64,000 nucleotides of DNA, taken from assembly GCF_006345805.1 (NCBI RefSeq), contig NC_043001.1:67890001-67954000 (forward strand), given 5' to 3'. The DNA comes from Octopus sinensis. Lineage: Eukaryota. The notes beneath the pieces were generated by a model, which made no database searches, was not told where the DNA came from, and saw only the letters and a program-made list of their open reading frames with translations. Below, piece by piece: positions 56,470 through 64,000 of the stretch (position 1 is the stretch's first letter; the number at the start of each line of letters is the position of its first letter). The position numbers were made by a program, and so were the translations under genes.

Positions 56470-58536
56470 AAACAGTTATAGAAGAGATAGCATTTGAACC
56501 AACTTCATTTAGCTGTGAATAAGCTGAATAACAATAAGTCTCCAGGGTCTAATGGAATCTGTGCAGAAATATTGGAATAGGGGAGGGGTGACAAAATGTT
56601 TGAACTCTTAAATATATTAATTTGTCACTGTTGGAGAACTGAGAAAGTGCCTCAAGACTGGATTAATACCATTGTAGTCTCCTTCTATAAATAGGGGCCA
56701 AAGGATCTGTGTGGTAATTTTCATGGGATTTCGCTTTTGTCTGTGGTTGGAAAGGTACTTGCCCGCATTTTGTTAGAAAGTTTAAATACATTCATAATTC
56801 CAAATATAGTGTCTGAGTCTCAGTGTAGTTTTCGTTCCTCCAGGAACACAGCTGATTGTATCTTTACTATCAGATAATTGCAAGGAAAGTACACTGAACA
56901 GAATCATGTCCTATACCATTGCTTTGTTGATTTGAGCAAAGCATTCGATACTGATAATTGAGATGCTTTGTGGCTAATTCTAAAGAAAAATAGGTTGCCC
57001 AGAAAAAATTGCAAACATAATCAGAGCTTTGAATCAAGATATGAAAGCTAGAGTTAACTTTGGTGGTAGGCTCTCTGAATCCTTTGCCGTGGAAAATGGA
57101 ATAAAGCAAGGAGACCTTGATGCACCCACCCTCTTTGCAATATACTTTCCTGTTGTGTTGTCACACGATTTTCAAAACTCTGAGAAGGGTATTTATATAA
57201 AATATCGACCAACAGGGAATGTTTTTAATCTGAGAAGACTGAAATTCAAAACGAAGGTTTTTTTCTTCACACATTACGCTGACGATTGCGATCTTGTCAG
57301 TCAATCTAAAACAGGTCTGCAATCTCTTCTATCTGCATTTGACTCAGCTTGTGATGATTTTGGCTTGATCATCAACTTGAAAAAAAAGAAAAGAAAAAAA
57401 ACCCACTTGTAATGCATTAACCTATGTGTGGTGCTTTTTGTAACCCACTCCTAAAATGTTTGTTAAGGATAAGTTACTTGAGGTTGTCGATTCTTTCATC
57501 TACTCTGGGAGCTCTGTACAAAATGAAGGAAATCTTGATACAGAAATTCATCTGCAAATTCATTTGGTGACTTGGAGTCACGTTTTTGGTGCCAGCGACA
57601 TATAAATAAGAATATAAAGCTGGCTCTTTATAAATCATTTGTCTTACCATCCCTGTTGTATTCTTGTGAAACATGGACTTGTTATGAAAGGCATTTTAAA
57701 TTGTTAAAACAATTCCACCAAAAATGCCTTCATCGCATTTTAAACATTAAGTGGAGTTCTTTTACTCCAAACACAGATGTCCTTGCATCTGCAGGCATCA
57801 CCTCAATTAAAGGTATGATTTTGAGAAACCAAATAAGATAATGTGGCCATGTTCTTCAAATAGCAGATGAACGCATGCCCAAACAGCTGTTTTATGGTGA
57901 GCTTGCAGAGGGGAAACGCTATCGACGTAAACCTAAAAAAAGGTTTAAGAACGGCGTAAAGACAACTATGAAGTCACTTGGAATGGATCCAGAAGACATA
58001 GAAACCTTTGCTTCGGATCGAGCTGGATGGCGAACAAAAGTGTGGAGTGGAATGAAAGCGTTTGAAGAGACCAGGTTAACGCATGCCAGACTGAAAAGAG
58101 ATTTAAGGAAGAATGTTACGATCGAGAAGGTGAATCACGATGACCTTTTTGTGAGCACAGTTTGTGACAGACCATGCCTTTCTTTGGGTGGGCACACATC
58201 TCATTTGCGAACCTCCAACAAACAGTCTGCCTATATGTTTGTGCACACCTTTGAATGCAATGTATGCTAGAAGGTTAGCAAATCCAACGGAAGCCTCAAA
58301 ATATATTTTAAGGTTCACAAAGATCAGAACTTATCTGCAGCTCTGGGTGGTCCAAATCGTATGTGCAATCTGTGTGGGTGTCTTTTTCGAACATTGTCAG
58401 ATGCCATGATGGTTCTAAGTTGTAGGTACAGGAGGTGGTCAAACTCTGCATAAGGAGTAGACAACCACCATGTATGTATGTATATATGTATGTAAGTATG
58501 TATGTATGTATGTATGTATGTATGTATGTATGTATG

Positions 58537-58565
<29 letters not shown>
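56470..58565 (+). mobile_element. RTE/BovB-like LINE, 5'-truncated, frameshifted, with (TATG)n tail
   Basis: NKSPGSNGICAE, GIKQGDLDAPTLF, YADDCDL, LLYSCETW, MPKQLFYGEL..GKR...KPKKRFK, terminal C..C zinc-finger-like region. Confidence 0.85.
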
Positions 58566-58567
<2 letters not shown>

Positions 58568-58588
58568 TTATATAACGATAGATTTACT

Positions 58589-59045
58589 AAGAGTAAAAAT
58601 CTAAACTACAAGCTAAAACAGTATAAACATTACCGTTTGGATTTTATATTACTTCTTGCTCTCATTGCGGCAAGTTGATAGAGCAGTTACCGGCAAAGAT
58701 GCTTAGCGGCATTTCTTCCGACTTTTCGTTCTGAGATCAAATGCCGCCGGGGTCGTCAACTTCGCCTTTCATTCCCTAGAGGTCGATAACATAAGTACTA
58801 GTTTAGTACTGGAGTTGTTTTAATCGACTTTGTATAGTATAGTATCCGTCAACTAAATTCTATCACAATTCATTGGTCAGCCTTGGGGTTATAGTAGACA
58901 GCGCTTTCCTAATGATCTGTGCAGTGGGACTTAACCAAAAGAAATACGCGGTTGCGATGCAAACATTCTTAATCACATAGCCCGACTTTCACCTACAGTA
59001 AACAGAGAGAGAGAGAGAGAGATAGAGAGGGGGGGAGAGAGAGTG

Positions 59046-59116
<71 letters not shown>

Positions 59117-59612
59117 CTCATATGATTTCCTCATTTGATGCTTTGAAATTTTCAAAGGTGAAGTTAAGATCTCTTGGAGATTGTGCCTAAATTTGAAACC
59201 AGTATTACTTCCGTTTCTGTCAGTCTAATCTTCGAGATATCTTAACCTCACTTTAGAAAAATTGAAAACCTGATAAAATCTTTCGAGTCTCTCTCTCTCT
59301 CTGTCTGACAGAGCAGATAGTAATATTGGTTTCAATTTCGGCACAAGGCCAGCAATTTCGGGTAGGGGCAAAGTCGATTAAAACAACTCCAGTACTAAAC
59401 TAGTACTTATGTTATCGACCTCTAGGGAATGAAAGGCGAAGTTGACGACCCCGGCGGCATTTGATCTCAGAACGAAAAGTCGGAAGAAATGCCGCTAAGC
59501 ATCTTTGCCGGTAACTGCTCTATCAACTTGCCGCAATGAGAGCAAGAAGTAATATAAAATCCAAACGGTAATGTTTATACTGTTTTAGCTTGTAGTTTAG
59601 ATTTTTACTCTT
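58589..59612. repeat. Perfect 244-bp inverted duplication (58589-58832 / 59369-59612) with 536-bp spacer
   Basis: Manual base-by-base comparison found no mismatch. The arms include most of a SINE B plus about 85 bp of non-SINE flank. Confidence 0.9.
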
Positions 59613-61209
59613 GGCTTTCTCAGCCTTTCCAAGATCGATTACGTCGATAGATATGATCAATATTCTTCTTGAACGGCTGTACGTCGATGGCTTCTAGTTA
59701 AATATGGATAGAAAGTGTATTCTCGAGTGGAAGTATTTGAAGTAGTGGCATATCGTATTTGATGGCATACGAGGCAAACAACTTTCCCTGCAAAAGTGTC
59801 TCAAAAATCACCCCAGCTCTAATATGCATAGTTGGGCATTCTATAAGCAAACTCTGTCCTTGACGCTCACTACTATAGGCTAAATTTAATCCAAATAGTC
59901 CCTTCTACTTAGTTTATGGCCTGAGGATAGCAGCGAATACAACACTGGAGGCGAGACGTGTGGCGAATTAGTGGCGATGGAATGATAATCAGACAGCGCT
60001 AACGAGCAGATACTGTTGTAGTAGCGATAGAAATATAAGAAAGGAAAGACAATATGTACATGGTTCAGAAGCTGGATTATTTTGGTGAATGACTTCATAC
60101 CAGTTAGGAGAGTAACCGTTTTAGGGAATGTGATCTAGGACATCACTGTAAAGCAACAGCAGCAGCAGCAGCAGCACCGTTCCACATTTGAAAGCAGTAC
60201 TTTATTGTGGATTTCGTTTGTACATTGCAGATGGTTAGTTATTGTTGGGTGTGGAAGTGTTTTTTGACCCTAATATCAAAATCGGCTCGTATGTCATGAG
60301 CTAGTTTTTCGACGAGGCGAAATTTTTTGAAGCGTCTTATTTAGATGTCTTTTGTTTAAATTGCAAAACAAAGAAAACTAATTGAATCTTAATCTAGCTT
60401 CACATTTTATTCTCTGCTTTCTTCTGCGTATTGATTTTCAGCAAATAATGCCGCAAGCAACTTAAAAGACCATTCTAATGACGGAATCTCTGAAACTATA
60501 AATCTTTAATCTGATATTTAAAGATTTATGGCTTTAGATATTAAAATTCCAAAGAGTAATAGATTCATTTGTCAGTTAAATAAAGGATTTATATGAATAA
60601 ATGAAGAACTATGAATTATCTCGGAACCATGTCTGCGAAATTTATATTAGAACCGGAAGCTATTTTCAATTTTTATCTAATCACTGCTGATAGATTCAGA
60701 TCCAGAGAAAAAAACTAAACAAAACTCAGGAACCGAAGATTATTGAGTGAAATCAAATGTGGTGTAATGAACAAGAATATAAAAGACTGAAACTACGATA
60801 AGTATAGGGTATAATGCCTTTTGAATAACACGGCTGTTTACCAATGCCAACGATTTCCTCTGTTCTTTGTCAGCCGTCGTAATTCTTCTATTCATGTAAA
60901 TCTAATCATTGTTTTCCTTCAGATTAGAAGAAAAAAATAATAAATTGATAAAGATCAACGTGGAACTAAATGTTTGATAAACACTGTGGTTTCCAACTTG
61001 ATGCCTGCTGCATCCAGTGAATCCATTTCTGCCAGATGAAAGGAATATTTTTATTAATTAGGAGATAAGGCCAAGAAATACTATGATGAGGAAACAGAGA
61101 AAATACTCCTTTTATCTTTCTCACACATGCACACAGATATACACAATCACACACACGCTCACGCATTCAAACACATATTTATATATGCATCTCTTTCTTC
61201 CCGCCCTTC

Positions 61210-61289
<80 letters not shown>

Positions 61290-61290
61290 C

Positions 61291-61330
<40 letters not shown>

Positions 61331-61475
61331 TCTATCTATCTATTCTATCTATCTATCTATCTATCTACCTACCTATCTATCTATCTATCTACCTATCTGT
61401 CTGTCTGTCTGTCTATACATATATATAAGAAAATGAGATGACAAAGGAATAAACGATTATGTTATGAACTTCATT

Positions 61476-61556
61476 AGCTTACAACTGTTTCTGCTGTAAG
61501 ATGCAGTGAACTCATAGTTGAGTGCCTGAGTAAAACCTTATAGCTTCATCGGAGCC
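61476..61556 (-). ncRNA. Degenerate type I hammerhead motif (core U4 to C)
   Basis: ggct-CCGATGA-agctataag...cttacagca-GAAAC-AGTT-GTA-agct. Confidence 0.45.
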
Positions 61557-61789
61557 TCGAATATGAAGTGCGATTTATTTATAGTATATATATAGAGAGG
61601 AATACATACATTTTTTAATTTTTCAGACAAATAAAATGAAAAGCTATTACCAATGTAGTTTTGGAAGTGAGGCTCAGCAAATTTCGGCAGTAGACTAAAT
61701 TACAATTCCTCCACAAGTAATGAATAATTGTGATAGAAATACCAATATTTCTACTAAAACACCGATACAGATATAGTAAGTACTGTCTT

Positions 61790-62010
61790 GAGATCTAGGA
61801 CCTATAGGGCCGATTACTCGGTTTCCGTGGTGTATCACTACATGGCCCTGAGCAGAATGCCTGCCCGTTGCAAGGTCATTCGTTTACTGCTGAGTGGATT
61901 GGAGCAACGTGAAATGAAGTTTTTCTTAAGAATACAACGCATTGCCCAGTCTGGGAATCGAAACCACGATCTTGTTATCTTAACGCCGTAACCCTTAGCC
62001 CACACACCTT
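61790..62010 (-). mobile_element. tRNA-derived SINE, third family
   Basis: Minus strand carries GGTTTCGATTCCCAGAC (B-box-like) followed by a distinct body. Confidence 0.55.
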
Positions 62011-62024
62011 AATCAATATTCATA

Positions 62025-62942
62025 ATTGTTTCTTATTTTGGTGCAAGGCCAGCAATTTTGAGGTTAGGGCAAAGTTGATAACATCGACCCCAAAACTTGA
62101 TTAGTATTTTATTTTATATACCCTGAAAGGATGGAAGGTAAAACTGACTTGGCTAAGATTGGAAGTCAGAACGTAAAGGGCTGGAAAAATACCGTTAAGC
62201 ATTTTGTCCGACGCGCTAACTCCAGCTCGTCGCCTTATACCCGATATAGATAATCCTTTCTACAGTAGGCACAAGGCCTGAAATTTTGGCGGGAGGGGGC
62301 CTAGTTAAGTACATCAACCACAGTGCTCAACTAGTACTTATTTCATTGACCTCAAAAAGTTAAAAGGCAAAGTCGACCTCTCACCAAAATTTGAACTTAG
62401 AACATAAAGACAGACAAAATGCCGCAAAGCATTTTGCCCGGCGTGCTTAACGGTTCTGGTAGTTCGTCGCCTTAAAAACTATATAGATAATGATTTTAAT
62501 TTTTGGCACAGGGCTAGCAATATTGCTGGAGGGTGCAAGTTGATTTCATCGACCCCCAGTGCTCGACTGGTACTTGTTTTTGCTGACTCTGAAAGGATGC
62601 AAGGCAAAGTCGACCTCGGTAGAATTTGAACTGAGAATGTGAAGACAAAGCAAAATGCCACAAAGCATTTTGTCTGGCGTGCTAACCGTCCTCCACACTC
62701 GCTGCCTTAAACCTGGTATAAATAACGGTTTGAAATTTTGGCACAAGGCCAGCAAATTCGGGGGAGGGAGAAAGTAGATTACATCACCCACCTAGTACTC
62801 AGCTGGTACTTATTTTATAGACCCTGAAAGGGTGAAGGCAAAGTCGACCTCGGTAGAATTTGAACTTGAAACGTAAAGACGGACGAAATGTTCTGAAGTT
62901 CTTTGCTCGGCGTGCTAACGATTCTGTCAACTCGCCGCCTTA
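62025..62942 (-). mobile_element. Head-to-tail cluster of four diverged SINE B copies
   Basis: Units at about 62025-62240, 62270-62475, 62495-62710 and 62725-62942, each with GGCC.GCAA.TTT...CGACC...AGTAC...GAAAGG...AAAGTCGAC. Confidence 0.8.
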
Positions 62943-62971
62943 GAACCCGATATAAATATTAAAAGAAAATT

Positions 62972-63790
62972 TTGACAATGTCCAGGTTCCTGAGCCATAT
63001 AGTAGAATTGGTTCGACTGTGGATTTGAAGATTTCAAGTTTGAAGTCTCTACTGAGATTTGATGACCAGATCTTATGCATGTCATTACAGGCTGACCAGG
63101 CCATACCCTTTCTAGTTAGAAAATATTTTCCAGATGATGATATGTATGACCCAAGATATTTGTAATCAGAAACCATATTTAAGAGCGCATCGTTGAGAGT
63201 ATGGATGATGCAATCACTGTTGGACAGGCACTTGTTTATATATTCAGTCTTGGCCTCATTGAGGTAAAGACTTACACAATTTGAGGCTTGTTCGAGAGAT
63301 TGTAAAAGAGACTGGGCATTGGAGAGAGAATCACTGATAAGAGCGATGTCGTCAGCAAAGTCAGTGTCTGTCAAGTATTCAGCTGGGTGTCTGGAACTTC
63401 TTGGTTTTATTTCAAAGCCCTTGCCAGAGATGGTATCAACTGACATACGTAGCACATAGTCAACGACAAATCTCTCGTGGAAGCGTCATCCAACCAAAAT
63501 GCAAATATATGGGAAACTACCACCTGTGTCATTTCTTGTGAAAGGTAGGAGAGTCCAGTTTGCTGGACATTGTTGTAGAGCTGAAAACGAGGCAATTTCT
63601 ACTCTTCTCTTCTGGAAGCCATCTACTCGCAATACCAGAGGGCGCACACTCTCCTACCCTGATGTAATCTCCAGGGATACAGGCATCCAGCAACAGGACC
63701 TCCGTAATGCTATGATGGACCGTGAAGTCTGGCGTAGCATGGTAAATTGCATTGTCTCGACCACGGTCGAACAATGATGATGATGATGGA
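62972..63790. mobile_element. RTE-clade LINE with 5' inversion: RT segment on the minus strand, 3' end with (TGA)n tail on the plus strand
   Basis: Minus strand: TDTDFADDIALISD...YKYLGSYI...PILLYGSGTWTLSK. Plus strand: NLSWKRHPTKMQIYGKLPP...FAGHC...MMDREVWR, then TGATGATGATGA. Confidence 0.85.
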
Positions 63791-63831
63791 GAAATAAAGT
63801 CTGTTGGTTACTTAACTGTCATAAAATGAGA

Positions 63832-63937
<106 letters not shown>

Positions 63938-64000
63938 CGTTTATATATTTGTTGTGCAAGATTTTTTATGTGAAGTCGTGTGTTGAAACAGACATTGTTG

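Noticed and set aside
60965-61040. Minus-strand acceptor followed by MDSLDAAGIKLETTVFIKHLVPR*
   Set aside because: No convincing donor site and no recognisable homology.

Overview
AT-rich, microsatellite-saturated metazoan genomic DNA. The SINE families and repeat landscape look like an Octopus (coleoid cephalopod) assembly; this is an inference. There is one 100-N scaffold gap at 32149-32248. No intact, nameable host gene is visible, and most ORFs in the supplied track are microsatellite translations. The window is a mosaic of decayed mobile elements: at least three Penelope-like element (PLE) families (RT/GIY-YIG), a Dong/R4-type RLE LINE with an (AAT)n tail, CR1-like, RTE-like and L1/Tx1-like LINE fragments, a near full-length mariner, a Tc1 fragment, hAT MITEs, a Helitron helicase remnant and many tRNA-derived SINEs. 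Highlights found by reading the sequence: (1) five well-formed and four degenerate type I hammerhead ribozyme (HHR) motifs, mostly with palindromic stem III. One near-perfect HHR sits between 170-bp direct repeats in a retrozyme-like unit (42315-43011). (2) A 5.7-kb composite in which two HHR-bearing PLE arms in inverted orientation enclose a Dong LINE and an (AAT)n-flanked 550-bp element. (3) A perfect 244-bp inverted duplication. (4) A SINE/CR1-LINE shared 3' tail with a structurally conserved hairpin. (5) A twin-priming-like 5' inversion in an RTE LINE. (6) Several splice-site-bounded candidate exons on the minus strand, suggesting the window may be intronic space of a large unidentified gene.
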